A stretch of 61,000 nt of DNA, counting the filler, from Asterionella formosa (lineage: Eukaryota), in NCBI GenBank assembly GCA_002256025.1. It is 5 parts of 5 records of this genome, joined end to end, with 100 filler letters (N's around TTAATTAATTAA, not from the genome) between each part and the next. Parts side by side here need not be neighbours in the genome. Positions count along the whole stretch, not along the records: positions 36,666 to 48,783 come from NKIB01007826.1; positions 48,884 to 61,000 come from NKIB01007833.1; 3 more parts are not named here. One strand, written 5' to 3'. Each line of letters begins with the position of its first letter. The first letter of the stretch is position 1. Of this stretch, positions 37,997 to 50,619 are shown piece after piece. Made by a program: the position numbers and the translations under genes. Under the pieces are notes generated by a model. That model did no database searches. It was not told the origin of the DNA and saw nothing but the letters and a program-made list of their open reading frames with translations.

Positions 37997-39841
37997 CTTG
38001 ATTCTGAAAGGGTTTTTGAAATGTCAGAATGAGTGAGAAGCTTGTCACAGAAATAAGCAGGCACACCCCAGCAAGAGGCAAGGTATTTTGACGTCCTGAA
38101 AGGTCACTCACAGTGATTAATAAATTCTTAGTCTTTTGGTTCAACAGTTTCTTGAAATGTGAGAATGTTTGGAAATAAAAGTGAATGAAGCGAGTCGTTG
38201 GATCTTGCGGGTGTTCAAAATGATGTCTTGGTCATTGTTTGCTCAGCATCTCAGACATTTGTCTTCATCTTGGTGACTGGTGAAGTCGCGAGGGATGAAG
38301 GAGACAGCGAATCGAAAGAAAGATAGCTATATGCAATCGGAGGGATTGTATGAAGCAATTTGCTTCATGCCTGTATTAGGCGTAGAAAGAATATGGTATT
38401 TGCCTTGGTGTGAGGTGTTATAAATTGACAATATGTATGAAGTATTTATGTGGAAAATCTTATTGGCAGAACGAATGACCGCGAACCTCACCTAGTCATA
38501 GTTTATTGTTTCATGAACTGCTGCGGACTATGCAATAATATATGGTGATTACCGTACCGGTATCTGTGATGGTGATTGTACGTAGTACCTGGTACCAGGG
38601 GTACCAGTAGATATGATTCGAGGGGGGGGGGTCTCATGTTTGGCTACCGGTATGCCGGCACTCATTATATTGCCTTTTGCTATTCATATCTTCATTACTG
38701 TATCTAAATAGACTTTCACCTTGAAGAGTACCTGGAGTTTACCTGGCGTTCATGTCACAATGCGACAAAAAAGCAGCAATGGAAGGTGAAACAAGCGAGA
38801 GAGATTGCGATCTGAATCATGATCACGCTGACTGATGTGGTGTTGAGGCACTGATGATCAACTTAAGTATTTACAAGAGCAACCACGTAACGTGCAAGTT
38901 TGGATATTACTTGGCTACCTTTACATACGAGCAAGGAGAGGCGTATATATTGACGATTACGATGCCGGTAGCGGTACAATGTCCATTTATTTACCGGTAT
39001 GCTGACGTACACATATTGGCTGGAATTGGTCGAAAATGCCTATCGTAGCTACAGAACATACCAGTTCATACCAGTACCAGAAGTATAGGAAAAATAAAAT
39101 ACTGATAGTGGACTTCAATTCTTGCCCTCAAGTTGTATTATATATTATATACTCGATACAAAACTGGCAATGAGGAAGTATAGTATTTGGCTAACAAAAG
39201 CCATATGACACTAAGAGAGGCATGCAATAGTGGCCTTATTGGCATGAACGCAACAAATTCACCCCCTTCGCGGTCTTTGTGAACCTTTGTACACGTAGTC
39301 TCCATATGTAGTTCATAACTTCTTAGCCCAGCAAGGTTTTGCAATTTATACCACCTTTGATATAGCCTGGTACTACCAGGTAAGGCCTTGACTACCATCA
39401 GCTAGGTTTATCACTCGAGTTCATTACTTTTATTTCTACAGCCATGTGATATTAGAGTGACAGCAAAAGTTTATACAGACTGTTTGGTCACATGTATTAT
39501 ATCCCTCTTTTTTGGTCCAACATAATCATTTATGTGATCTGTATGATATAGCTAGACAAGATGATATATGAACAGAAACTATCAAAATCATCTATGTGAT
39601 ATGTATGATATACAGCTATAGAGACAATGTGATGCATGTACAGAAATGTCTATCCAGTCCAATACCAGTAGTAAGTCATTATCACTAGCTAGTAGGTACT
39701 CTGTACCAGCCAGGACCAGTACCATTCATAAGAAAGCTAAGTCACACATGTGTGCATTCATTTATTTATTACTCATAGCTTTGTCATCATGTAATCCTTT
39801 TGGGACATAGACATTATGTTGTATATACAGAGGTGTATTTA

Positions 39842-39906
39842 GGGGAATGGCTTAATGGTTAGCACACCTTCTGAGGTGGCAGGTTCAATTCCTGCATTCT
39901 TCACCA
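39842..39906 (+). other. tRNA-like element (tRNA pseudogene or SINE head), not a canonical tRNA
   Basis: A-box TGGCTTAATGG and B-box GGTTCAATTCC; acceptor stem GGGGAAT/ATTCTTC, T-stem GCAGG/CCTGC, 3' ACCA. The anticodon arm is only CACCT-TCTG-AGGTG (4-nt loop) and there is no variable loop. Confidence 0.7.
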
Positions 39907-40268
39907 GCTTTGTTTGTGTAGTCCATTGGGTTCCGGTTTGTGAGACAGACAGCAAGTACGGTAGGTCTTGGGCCCTCTGGGAGGCCACATGATGCGACTT
40001 CAAATCATCCACTTTTGTCAAGTTCTTGAGGTTGCGGCCCCAGATTAACCCTAGTTTAGAGTAAGACATTGCTAGGGTTGTAAAATTTGCATGGTATGCA
40101 GCTGTAGGCATATGGGGTGGTGTGAATATCTTTTGCGTTTTGACTAATGGCAGGAGGGATCTCTGTTTCCCAATAGATACAAACTATCATTCACATTTTG
40201 CATAGCTAATACTGGTATTTTGCCGAGGACAAAAGAACTTCTTTAAAGTAGCTAAATAGATTATTGTC

Positions 40269-41047
40269 NNNNNNNNNNNNNNNNNNNNNNNNNNNNNNNN
40301 NNNNNNNNNNNNNNNNNNNNNNNNNNNNNNNNNNNNNNNNNNNNNNNNNNNNNNNNNNNNNNNNNNNNNNNNNNNNNNNNNNNNNNNNNNNNNNNNNNNN
40401 NNNNNNNNNNNNNNNNNNNNNNNNNNNNNNNNNNNNNNNNNNNNNNNNNNNNNNNNNNNNNNNNNNNNNNNNNNNNNNNNNNNNNNNNNNNNNNNNNNNN
40501 NNNNNNNNNNNNNNNNNNNNNNNNNNNNNNNNNNNNNNNNNNNNNNNNNNNNNNNNNNNNNNNNNNNNNNNNNNNNNNNNNNNNNNNNNNNNNNNNNNNN
40601 NNNNNNNNNNNNNNNNNNNNNNNNNNNNNNNNNNNNNNNNNNNNNNNNNNNNNNNNNNNNNNNNNNNNNNNNNNNNNNNNNNNNNNNNNNNNNNNNNNNN
40701 NNNNNNNNNNNNNNNNNNNNNNNNNNNNNNNNNNNNNNNNNNNNNNNNNNNNNNNNNNNNNNNNNNNNNNNNNNNNNNNNNNNNNNNNNNNNNNNNNNNN
40801 NNNNNNNNNNNNNNNNNNNNNNNNNNNNNNNNNNNNNNNNNNNNNNNNNNNNNNNNNNNNNNNNNNNNNNNNNNNNNNNNNNNNNNNNNNNNNNNNNNNN
40901 NNNNNNNNNNNNNNNNNNNNNNNNNNNNNNNNNNNNNNNNNNNNNNNNNNNNNNNNNNNNNNNNNNNNNNNNNNNNNNNNNNNNNNNNNNNNNNNNNNNN
41001 NNNNNNNNNNNNNNNNNNNNNNNNNNNNNNNNNNNNNNNNNNNNNNN
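40269..41047. other. Assembly gap (779 N)
   Basis: Run of N. Confidence 0.99.
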
Positions 41048-41053
41048 ATCATA

Positions 41054-42430
41054 ATGATGCCCGGTCCACATCCCACGAAACAGAGTCATCATCATCATCA
41101 CTATCAACTCTATTCACAAAGATGGCTTGTTTTGGTTGCTTTTTCGACACTGTCCATCAACAGCGCTTGGATTTGGATAACGTGGTCCCCAATGGCTGAC
41201 GAGGTTTCTCGCTTTTGGGGCGTGACTGAAGGCGAAGTGGATGCATTATCCGCTGTGTACATGTTCATTTACGTTCTCGGTAGTTTTCCTTCCATTTGGC
41301 TTGTCGTCAACGTTATTGGTTTGGCCCGTGGCCTCTGGGTAGCCTCTATTTTAAATGTGATTGGCGCGTTGATTCGATTCATTGGGATGAATCACTACAA
41401 ATCAGTGTATTGGGGTACGTTATTTTGTGCCTTAGCACAGACATTCACATTGGCAACGCCACCATTAATTGCTGGGAACTGGTTTGGAGCCTATGAACGG
41501 GCTACAGCAACAGCCTTGGGAGTCCTTGCTAATCAGTTTGGGACTGCATTGGGTTTGGGCTCAACAATTATTTTTGATTTAATTGTCGTCCCAAGTGAGG
41601 AAAATGGCAAAGAAAAATCATTCCTAAATTTGAATTGTGTTCATTCCTATCTTGGCACTCAGCTCCTTTTCGCCTGCATTGCGCTTTGCATGGTCTTCAT
41701 TTTTGTCACTGCTGATGGACCATTGACTCCTCCAAGTTCTGCAGCAGCCTCCAAAATAGTTTCAATTGAAGAAGAGAGGGAAATGATAATCCAATTCGCT
41801 AACAAGAGTTCTGCTCATCCTCGGAAAGTGACATCACTATCCTATTTGGAATCTGTACATGTCACTGTAAATCAGACACCATGTTTTGTTTTACTTTACG
41901 GAATAGCGGTAGGAGTATTTTATACCATTCCAGCCTTCCTCAGTCAGCTTGTACCAAGTTGGTCACCAGGAAGCCGCGGTTGGTTGGGCGTCTCGTATCA
42001 GCTTGCTGGAGTCATGGGATCATACATCTCAGGACGTGTTGTTGATGTATATCAGCATCATCAACAAGTGAGTACCATTTTGCTAGCTGGTAGTGTTGCA
42101 TTGCTTGCTGCATTCACCTGGGCACTTATTTTTGAAGGTGGGTTACCAACCTGGACCTTTGTTGCAAGCAGTGGAGTAGGCTTCTGTCTAGCAGCCTTCA
42201 ACACTGTGGGCTTTGAGCTAGGTACAGCGATGACATATCCTGCAGATGAAGCTGCTGTAGCTGGTATCTTGGAGTGTGCTGCAGAGCTTGCCGGTTTTGT
42301 TCTTGTCACACTAGGGGGACAATTGAAGACAATGGATTACAACTTTATCTTGTTTCAGTTGTTGGCTGTGTTTTCCTCTCTGTCACTAATGATGGTCATG
42401 AAGGCAAAATCCACAAGACCAACAGATTGA
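41054..42430 (+). CDS. MFS transporter, FLVCR/SLC49-like (458 aa); start lies next to a gap
   Basis: YSQRWLVL...WITWSP and AQTFTLATPPLIAGNWFGAYERATATALGVLANQFG, plus GFELGTAMTYPADE; about 12 hydrophobic segments. Confidence 0.88.
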   Translation: MMPGPHPTKQSHHHHHYQLYSQRWLVLVAFSTLSINSAWIWITWSPMADEVSRFWGVTEGEVDALSAVYMFIYVLGSFPSIWLVVNVIGLARGLWVASILNVIGALIRFIGMNHYKSVYWGTLFCALAQTFTLATPPLIAGNWFGAYERATATALGVLANQFGTALGLGSTIIFDLIVVPSEENGKEKSFLNLNCVHSYLGTQLLFACIALCMVFIFVTADGPLTPPSSAAASKIVSIEEEREMIIQFANKSSAHPRKVTSLSYLESVHVTVNQTPCFVLLYGIAVGVFYTIPAFLSQLVPSWSPGSRGWLGVSYQLAGVMGSYISGRVVDVYQHHQQVSTILLAGSVALLAAFTWALIFEGGLPTWTFVASSGVGFCLAAFNTVGFELGTAMTYPADEAAVAGILECAAELAGFVLVTLGGQLKTMDYNFILFQLLAVFSSLSLMMVMKAKSTRPTD

Positions 42431-42502
42431 ACTCAGAGATTGGGTGCCATCAACTAATGATAGTTCAGCTTTTTGTTGACAATTCTTTTCTGCGCTATTC
42501 AG

Positions 42503-42503
<1 letters not shown>

Positions 42504-42587
<84 letters not shown>
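42504..42587. other. 84-nt poly-G run, probably a sequencing/assembly artefact
   Basis: Pure G homopolymer, typical of no-signal calls in two-colour chemistry. Confidence 0.7.
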
Positions 42588-42588
<1 letters not shown>

Positions 42589-43092
42589 GGGGTGGCTCCT
42601 TATTAGTAGAATGTCTTCTCATACTATATCATCCTTCTGTCCTTCTGTGAAGTGACATCTTCTCTCCTGGAAACAGCCACTGACTTTCAAACCTTCTGGA
42701 TGGAGTCTCAAATAGGGAAAACACCATGTAAGTCAATACTTTAACTGTGACGTTGCAAACTGTGCTAATTTGAAGACAATTTCAAACAAGGTAAGAGTAA
42801 TACTTAGACATAAATTTTTATTGATGTACATAGTATATCAACGGCTATAGTACGATACCAGGTTCAGTATTCTTATATATATCATTACAATACTGTATTT
42901 AATTACTCGTATATTCCGTGATTAAGTACAAGCATTCCGCCAACACCTTGTACGCATGCACCGAACTGAAATCCAGAAGGACACTGCGAATCATAAATTG
43001 TAGCACAGGCTGTTCGTGTAGTTCGAAATGGTTGTCCCCTGTTAACATACATATATATATTCTAGTTCTAATACCACCTCTGCTTCCTCGCA

Positions 43093-45114
43093 ATGTTAAT
43101 GATGTCAGAGGAGTCTTCGAGCGGGGAATGCAAAGAGGAGGAGAAAGATCCGAGCATTGCTGCGGATGAAAACATCGTGGGGGACTTTGCAATTGCAGAA
43201 AATTCCATCCCGAAAGGCTTAAAAGTGCAAGATGCAGGACGTCCCTCGACAGAGGTGATCCGCACGTCGCTACCGACGGTTGATCCGTCCCGTTTAGATA
43301 AGCTTTTGGATCTAGAAGACGATGGTGCGGTGAATCAAAGGTCACTTTCTGCTCTTGGAAATACCTATGGAGTAAGTTTTGATATGTGGACTTCACATTA
43401 TCCATCGTGGCGATAGCTTCTAATTCCCCGCTCTTTCTAGGGCCAACTTCGCGATTCAGAAGATGGACAGGCCATGTCTGGAATATCACGAGTATGGAAA
43501 CGAATAAAGCGCTTTGCACTTTGTCAAAAACACGATAAGTACGAAGCCACCTCAAACCAATATCGTATTCCACCGAAACAAGAAGCCAGCTGGAAATGTC
43601 TTCGTCGCTGTCGCCCTTCTGAAAATTCCTTCGAGCTTTGGACTCTCTGGCTCTACCGTACCACCTTTACGAATACCATATTGGTGTTTTTGCTCCTTTA
43701 CTTTTTCATGATTGCCATCTTTTGTTTGCTTATCCGTCTGTCGGTGATAATGAATTACAGAAGGAGTGGAATGGAGTGTGTTATTGGATTTGACTTCTCA
43801 GATTTTTCAGCTCCTCACAACCATGAAGTTCTCTTTGAATTAAGCTGGATCACCTTTGCAACGGTAGGTTATGGAGACACCAGTGCTCCAGGAGACGAGA
43901 ATTGCCAAGGAACTCGATATCTGCTCTCAACGGAAGCCTTTGTTGGCGTTCTCTTTACTGCTTTTTGTGGCTCTGTCTTCTACACCAAAATTTCGAGGCA
44001 GCATACACGAGCTCATGTTACATTCAGCAGTGCCATGTGTTTGCGATTTGTGCGATTTGGGGAAGGAGAGCGTGCTGCAGATTTGAAAACTGTAAGTGAT
44101 GAAGTGTCAAGTGTTTCCCGCTTTGAGTGATTTGAACTCAAACGTTTGCGTGAAAACACAGTCTGTATCGATTGAATACGACAACTCTACTACTAATTGT
44201 CAAAATTCCAAAAATTTTCCAGTACTTGAGATGCGCCTGGTGAATGATGTACGTATTTTGACATTTTGCTTTTTTAAAGTTCACCCTTGCTTGTCCAAAG
44301 ACTGACCCATTCCGTGCAGTGGCCAAGAAGCTTGGGAGGTGAAGTCATTGCCGCCGAGATTGTCTGCGTAGTGTCCTTGATGGCCCGCTTCGAAAATGGT
44401 TTGCCAGACTACGATCCTGGTTACTCCGTTGACGGGATACTCCATGGGGAGCTGCACACGGTCACCAAACCAAAAAGCAACGGAAAGCATGAAAAGGTAG
44501 TGATCAGTAAGCGCACATTCAGAAATCTGGCCGTGACTCCTTCCAAGCACCCTTACTTCTCCAAGGGTGTTTGGCATTTCCGACATGTAAGTGACCGCCG
44601 AGCTAATGTGCTGACCTACCTTCCGACCTGTTGCTAATGATATTTCTGGTAGGTCATCGATGGCGAGTCACCTCTGCTCTCTAACGAGGCGCGTGAAAGA
44701 ATAATTAGAATAGGAGGCTGGCCTCCTGATTTTGACACACATGAGAAGATACGAGAATGCATTACCGAAAATTTTCAGGAAATCGTACGTATCAAACGTG
44801 GAACGAGCTACATTGAATTTTCATGCTTGTTGCAATGGATTCCATCTCACAATTCTTCGATGCTCTCGATGCAACTATAGCAAGTAACTTTCACTGGAAC
44901 ATCGAGTTTGACAGCAGCTTCTGTGTTCAAAACACAGACATATCAATTGAATGACTTGTATATTGGCTGGAAATTTGCGAGTATGGTCTACATTTCTCAC
45001 GCGTCTAAACAAAATGAGTATGGCGTTGACGTTGACTTGAACTTGCTTCATGACATTGTTCCACAGGAAGGAGGCGGTGGAGAGCCTATGGGAGAAAGAG
45101 CTGATCTTACATAA
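43093..45114 (+). CDS. Inward-rectifier K+ channel (Kir/KirBac-like, ~549 aa); exons 43093..43371, 43441..44091, 44162..44248, 44320..44586, 44653..44784, 44881..45114
   Basis: TM1, pore helix and filter TFATVGYGD, TM2, then VTFSSAMC, PVLEMRLVN and WHFRH/VIDGESPL (Kir cytoplasmic domain). Five phase-0 GT-AG introns link the track fragments into one frame. Confidence 0.85.
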
Positions 45115-46248
45115 GATACTTCGTTGTGTTTCTGTGCCCAAAGTATGTGAACCGTCGGAGGCAAATATCAGGAGGGGTACCACGGGACGAAAACAAGCAA
45201 TAACACTGACAGCGGTATGGTTTCACAAGCTCCTTCGTTAGGATGCATCACTTTAGAACTGTTAACAAGTGCCATGTGAAATTGTAGCTTTTTAAAGTGA
45301 ATAAATCTATTGACACCGTACCTACTGTCAAGGGTCTCATCCAATTCATCTCATACATACTTCCTGTTCTCATTTAGTCATTTCCAAATATTTCTTTGGC
45401 CAATGTTACGTAATTAAGCAAGCTTGATCGTTAGGCGGAAAACAGGTAAAATTTGAAAGCCAACCAGATATGGGAGTGCATCTTGCTGCTCACCGTTGTC
45501 GGAATCGCCTTCATCATCATTGCAATACTGGATACTTCTTTGTTTTTGCTCTATTCTCGAAGGGCGAGTTGCCGCAATCTTTCAGGTTCATGAGCTTGCC
45601 TTGTTTCATCTACATCCATTTTGGTGGTCATAGTTCTGAGAAAATCAAATTTCGAGTTTATTTTTTCCTGATGTTGCCGATTTTGAAGTCACCTCGCCAA
45701 CGATCTTTGATATATCTGCTGCTGCGTCTGATGAGAAGCGCAGACGTCCTATCTTGCGTGTCTCTCCAAATAGCTTCCATCTCACAAGCATCCACATTAC
45801 TGATCTTCGTTTTCAATTTGTTCTCACAATCATTCACATTACTTCTTTTTCAATCTGGATTGTGCCAATATCAAGTTCGATCCTGTGCCGGCTTAGCACC
45901 TCAGTCATTAAGTGCTGCCTGCCTTACCTCGCAAGTGTTTGACTGCCCTGTCACAGAAGTCATTCATTGGGTGCAATCCGGGTGCAATCCCCCCCCCCTC
46001 CCCCTCCCAAACAGATAACATTGAATTTCACTATCGTACTGTAGAGTCTAGAGTTAGTCAAACTGTGGTTAGAGCCGGAGTACAGTTCCAGCAATTTTAA
46101 CTGATTCATAGACCATTTGCGAGCCTGTACTTTTTGAGTTGGTGGGGGCTGCAACAGTATAGCTACGAGCAATGAAGGTATCAGTGAAAAAAGTCTGCTT
46201 CTGCCAGCGGGATATGTCATTATCTCACTAATAAAAGGCATGATACAT

Positions 46249-47616
46249 CTAACGACTTATCGATTCAAAAGTGCCCCCACGAAGTGCAGAGTCGAAAGCA
46301 GAGTTACCTGTATTGATTTGGACAGTTGGGACAGCAAATTTCATTGCATTCTTCGCTGCCGCCCTCGCGATGGCCAAAAGAACAGCCTGGCGATTATTGT
46401 AGTATTCCACACCACTAGGTTTGATATTGTGATGGGTATCGACGACAATTTCCAAATGATCACTGGCGAAGTCGCGCCAGTGAACATAAAATGGACGAGT
46501 CCCATCATCAATAAGTTGTGGACAACTAGACTTGATCTCTGCCTTGACATCCTCAATAAACTGTGGAATCTTGTTGATATCGTTGTAGCCAATCCACAAG
46601 AATTGTTTGACTTGTGATTTTCTCATTCTGGACACATTGGACACCCTTTGAAAAGCCAACTGACTGTTGGGAATCTTGGTAATTATTTCGTCAAAGCCAC
46701 GAATCTCAGTATTCATCCAACCAACTCGACTAACAATACCAACTGTTGAGTCGCCGAGCCTGATTTGTTCTCCTTCATAGAATTTATTGCTGGCAGAGAG
46801 AGCCAAGCCTCCTATAAATTGAGACACAACATCCTTACTCGCAAGACTAAAGACCAAGGTACCCACGCTACCGAGTGCAAAGATGGAGCTGAATGCGCGA
46901 CCCGTTTCCAAGGCGAGAACATCCGAAAGGACAAGGGCCGTGGTTAGACCAATGAACAAATTTCCCACGCGATCATATATGTTGCCGATGCCAAGCTTCT
47001 CCGTTGTGGTGACTTGGAATTTCCTCAAAATAAACTGTGTCTTCAACTTGACTAATTTCGTTGCGAACCAAACTAAATACGCAACCTTTGCAACTACCGA
47101 ACCGAGATTCATGTGATAAGGAAAAGCGACACCCACAGTTTTCATCGTGATGGCAATCAAGTCGGAAAGAAAAACCAGCCCCGCAATTCTTGCAACTTCA
47201 GAAACTATGGTACAGAACTGAAAAGATTTGCAAGTTGTAAAGAGCTCCGATCCTTCATCAAATCTCTTTTTGTTGAAAAGATGGCAAATTGGTACTAGTA
47301 TCCAACCAAAGAAGCCGATCAGGAGAATATCTCCTGGATGCGAAGCTTGGACGACAGCGGAAAAAATAGCGCTTGCCTTTTCTGGTCCAATCATAAGTTT
47401 GGAAAAAGTAGAAAAGAGCTTGCCAGAAATGGCTAGACTAGCAGCTTTCTTCGTCACTGGTGCTGGCGTTGACAGTGGAACGGGCACGGACTTGGCGAAC
47501 AAAAATGTGCGCAAAGATACAAGGCGCTTGTTGGCCCCATTCCTCTGGAAGCTTGCCACTGAATGACTCAGGAGCAGGATGACAATCACCAGAAAGTTAT
47601 TGTGCTTTCTAACCAT
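46249..47616 (-). CDS. MscS-family mechanosensitive channel, probably plastid-targeted
   Basis: GTLVFSLASKDVVSQFIGG, FYEGEQI, VGWMNTEIRG and IPNSQL...VSNVSR. ATG at 47616 gives the signal peptide ...LLLSHSVAS followed by Phe. Confidence 0.9.
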   Translation of the reverse strand: MVRKHNNFLVIVILLLSHSVASFQRNGANKRLVSLRTFLFAKSVPVPLSTPAPVTKKAASLAISGKLFSTFSKLMIGPEKASAIFSAVVQASHPGDILLIGFFGWILVPICHLFNKKRFDEGSELFTTCKSFQFCTIVSEVARIAGLVFLSDLIAITMKTVGVAFPYHMNLGSVVAKVAYLVWFATKLVKLKTQFILRKFQVTTTEKLGIGNIYDRVGNLFIGLTTALVLSDVLALETGRAFSSIFALGSVGTLVFSLASKDVVSQFIGGLALSASNKFYEGEQIRLGDSTVGIVSRVGWMNTEIRGFDEIITKIPNSQLAFQRVSNVSRMRKSQVKQFLWIGYNDINKIPQFIEDVKAEIKSSCPQLIDDGTRPFYVHWRDFASDHLEIVVDTHHNIKPSGVEYYNNRQAVLLAIARAAAKNAMKFAVPTVQINTGNSAFDSALRGGTFESISR

Positions 47617-48199
47617 GGCGCTGCTATCTTTTCTGAATAAGGCAACCGACCCTAAGGGCGCACTTCGAAATACCAAATTTCAAAATTATTGTATCACAAA
47701 TATTCCTTCGTGAGTTGATGTACAATAATATCGTCGTTGCTCTCTGATATTCGAATTATTTTAGATTACTTATCTGAGATTAAAGAAAAGTTTAACCATA
47801 ACTTAACCATAACTTTTAATAGTTAAATTTTCTTAGCAATGTATCCTCCCGTTTGTTATGCCTCCTTTTCTTCGTTTTCATTATATGTATATAATAATAT
47901 CATTGATTTTGAGTGCATAGTCTCGCTATCGTTGGTCACTGACCATGTTGGCTTTAATCGGATCAAATATGAAAACAGCTTGTGCCACTGGCTGGCAGTT
48001 TGATTATGAAATGAAATCGGAATCTGTGCCTTGCATGATGAGAGAGTTGTCATGACAAAACAACTGTAACCGAGTTTATTTCCACAGTGCATGAGCTTGC
48101 ATAATTTTATTGTCTTCATGTATTTAGTTTATTTCTCATTTACATTTAGAAACAGAACTATTTTGGCTGTTTCCCAATGTGTTGGAATCGAAATAGGAA

Positions 48200-48720
48200 G
48201 GAGGGTTGTTTGATACACTGCAAACAATACTCCACGGAATCCAGGTATAGTAGCACATCCATAGCCCCAGCTCACCAGCCATGTCAACAAAAAATATCAC
48301 TTGAAAAATCATTTCCAGAAAGAATCAGTGGCCCACCAGAGTCATCTTGGCAGCTGTCTTTATCTTGACGGGTGGCGCATACCATATCGCTATATATTTG
48401 GCCTTGGCTGGTATGAGTCAAGAGGAAGTGGTGTACCTTTTTGAATTCAAACAAGCGTCGTTCGAAATGACTTCTATCGAAACCTGGAGTAATCAACTGC
48501 TCTGCGACTGCTGGTTGTTTCCATCTGTAAGTCCCCAACCCATTAAAAACTTCAGCTCCTGTAGCTGTTGCACTCGAATCAAAGTTCAATCGGACAGGGG
48601 GCGCAGTTGTTTGTCCAGCCAGCCGTTGTATAATCATTTTTCATGCCTTAAAGTGGACAGTTCAACAAAAAAAGATGAAGGTATCCCTTTGAGTTAAATA
48701 CCTTTTGGAAGATTGACATG
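48200..48720 (-). pseudogene. Trypsin-like (S1) serine protease pseudogene fragment
   Basis: DMVCA...KDSCQDDSGGPLI (GDSGGP altered), with MGWGLT and VSWGYGCA in other frames; frameshifted. Confidence 0.7.
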
Positions 48721-49808
48721 TACTGTATTGTAATTATGCATACCTTTTTTGCTGAGAGCAGGCCATTTTGGGTATGAGCAAGCNNNNNNNNNNNNNNNNN
48801 NNNNNNNNNNNNNNNNNNNNNNNNNNNTTAATTAATTAANNNNNNNNNNNNNNNNNNNNNNNNNNNNNNNNNNNNNNNNNNNNTAAAGACTGTCAGAGGA
48901 ACTTGCATCATTTGTTTGTTGCCGTATGCAGTGAACCTTTGTTCATAATCATTCAATTAAGAGTTCACTGAGAAGAAATCATTCGAACTCATAATGGTTC
49001 CGCACACAGCGCACATTGTAAATCCGTTTATCCGTTTCGTCAACCACCAGCATTACAATTTCGCCAATCAACCCGTAAACAAACACATTCTACTTGTTCT
49101 TGTTGACATTTACAATTCTCACATGATACTACATCTACAATTGAGATTCAGCATAGGGGAAAGTGAAACTGACTGCTGTCCACATAGCTATAGTTATAGA
49201 ATGATTCTGATTACAATTTCTTTTTCATATCGCTTGTTTCAGCATTTGGCATGCTGTACTTGTTGAGGAGGATAATTCTGTTTGCGAACGCATTCGATAT
49301 TGGATAGGCGGTCCCTTTCAAGTGCACATGCTTCGATTGCATCAAGGGAAGAGAAGATATTTCGTGATATAACTGAAGAGTTTTTTTGAATTCTGGATGA
49401 AGACCTTGAGGATGATATGTGCAATACTGTCTTATAACCTCAACTGCAACATGCATGGGTGTCCAAGGATAAATCGAGCATGACTGGCGATACCTTGTGG
49501 AGAAAGTGACAGGAGATTAGTAACAAGCTTTGCAACAGTGGTATCATTTCTAGTTCAAACATCGCCAAGTATTTGCACAAACTTCCAAGTAGACAAGGTT
49601 TTGTAGGATGCATATTTCAAATTAGTCTGCTATATTTACAAACAAAGTTTCCAAAAGAAGAAACAAATGTGTCAAATCATAATTTATGTTGTAGATCTCC
49701 TACCTGCTCAATCAGCCAACAGACTCAAAATCATGGTTGTTCCAAGCCCACCTAATCATCGGGAATACAAGGACCCAACTTTGTACTTTTTGCTTGCTTT
49801 AAAGATTT

Positions 49809-49944
49809 TTCAGAAAAATTTACAATTGGTTACAGATGTGAAAGTGAGTGATGTGCATTGTAAGTATAAGTCAATGTTCAGAAAAATTTACAATTGGTTA
49901 CAGATGTGAAAGTGAGTGATGTGCATTGTAAGTATAAGTCAATG
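49809..49944. repeat. Exact 68-bp tandem duplication
   Basis: TTCAGAAAAATTTACAATTGG...GTATAAGTCAATG at 49809..49876 and 49877..49944. Confidence 0.9.
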
Positions 49945-50619
49945 AGAGAAACTGCTGGCAGATCGCAAAGAGAAGAAGCATACTAAGTAGCATGGAAGGA
50001 GTAGCAAATGAAAGCATCATCATGATAATGACTATACATCACCAAGCAAACCCAACAGATAACCACAACCATGATGGATGTTGATGCTCAATTTTCAAGC
50101 AGTGCAAACTCGAAAGGGAAAAACTGACAAGATTGTTGCTAATTTTGATTGACATGAGAGATTCTAGCACAAACTCCCTGAAAACAGCAGATATCATGCA
50201 GTTGTTTAGAATTGTTTTGATAATCTACCTTCCCTACAAAACTTATGATGTTGAGAATACAAGTGTTATGACTGATAAAAGTGTTGTCAGTTCAACAACA
50301 AGTGTCTTTGGAAATGAGCTCAATCCAACAAATACTACGCCAATTCCCTCTTTTGTTCATAATGATGAGCAAGATAAAGATCAAGGTCCAGGACTAGGTG
50401 GGATTTTTATTGACTGCCAAGTCGTTAACAGTGAACACCTTGCATTGATTGCAACAAATTTGTCTGCTCCATTTGCTGTGATGGTTTTCGAAATCTCCAG
50501 AATATTTGTTTTTGTGGTGCATGGTTTTCAATGCACAGCTCCAATGTTCAGGAACAAATTAGGCAACTTATATACACATGAAAATGGTTTACTATATAGT
50601 TACATAATGTATATAGTTT

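Noticed and set aside
39842..39906. Functional tRNA gene
   Set aside because: No 7-nt anticodon loop or variable region, and a base is missing between the acceptor and D stems.
42274..42655. Poly-Gly and poly-Pro ORFs, or a G-quadruplex
   Set aside because: They derive from an 84-nt G homopolymer that is most likely an artefact.
45470..46241. ORFs between Kir and MscS
   Set aside because: No recognisable motifs or consistent frame on either strand; at most an unidentifiable decayed sequence.
48884..50600. Possible ankyrin-like or other gene fragments, including the 289-aa ORF at 50133
   Set aside because: Fragmentary. The long ORF crosses a compositional boundary and has no supportable domain.
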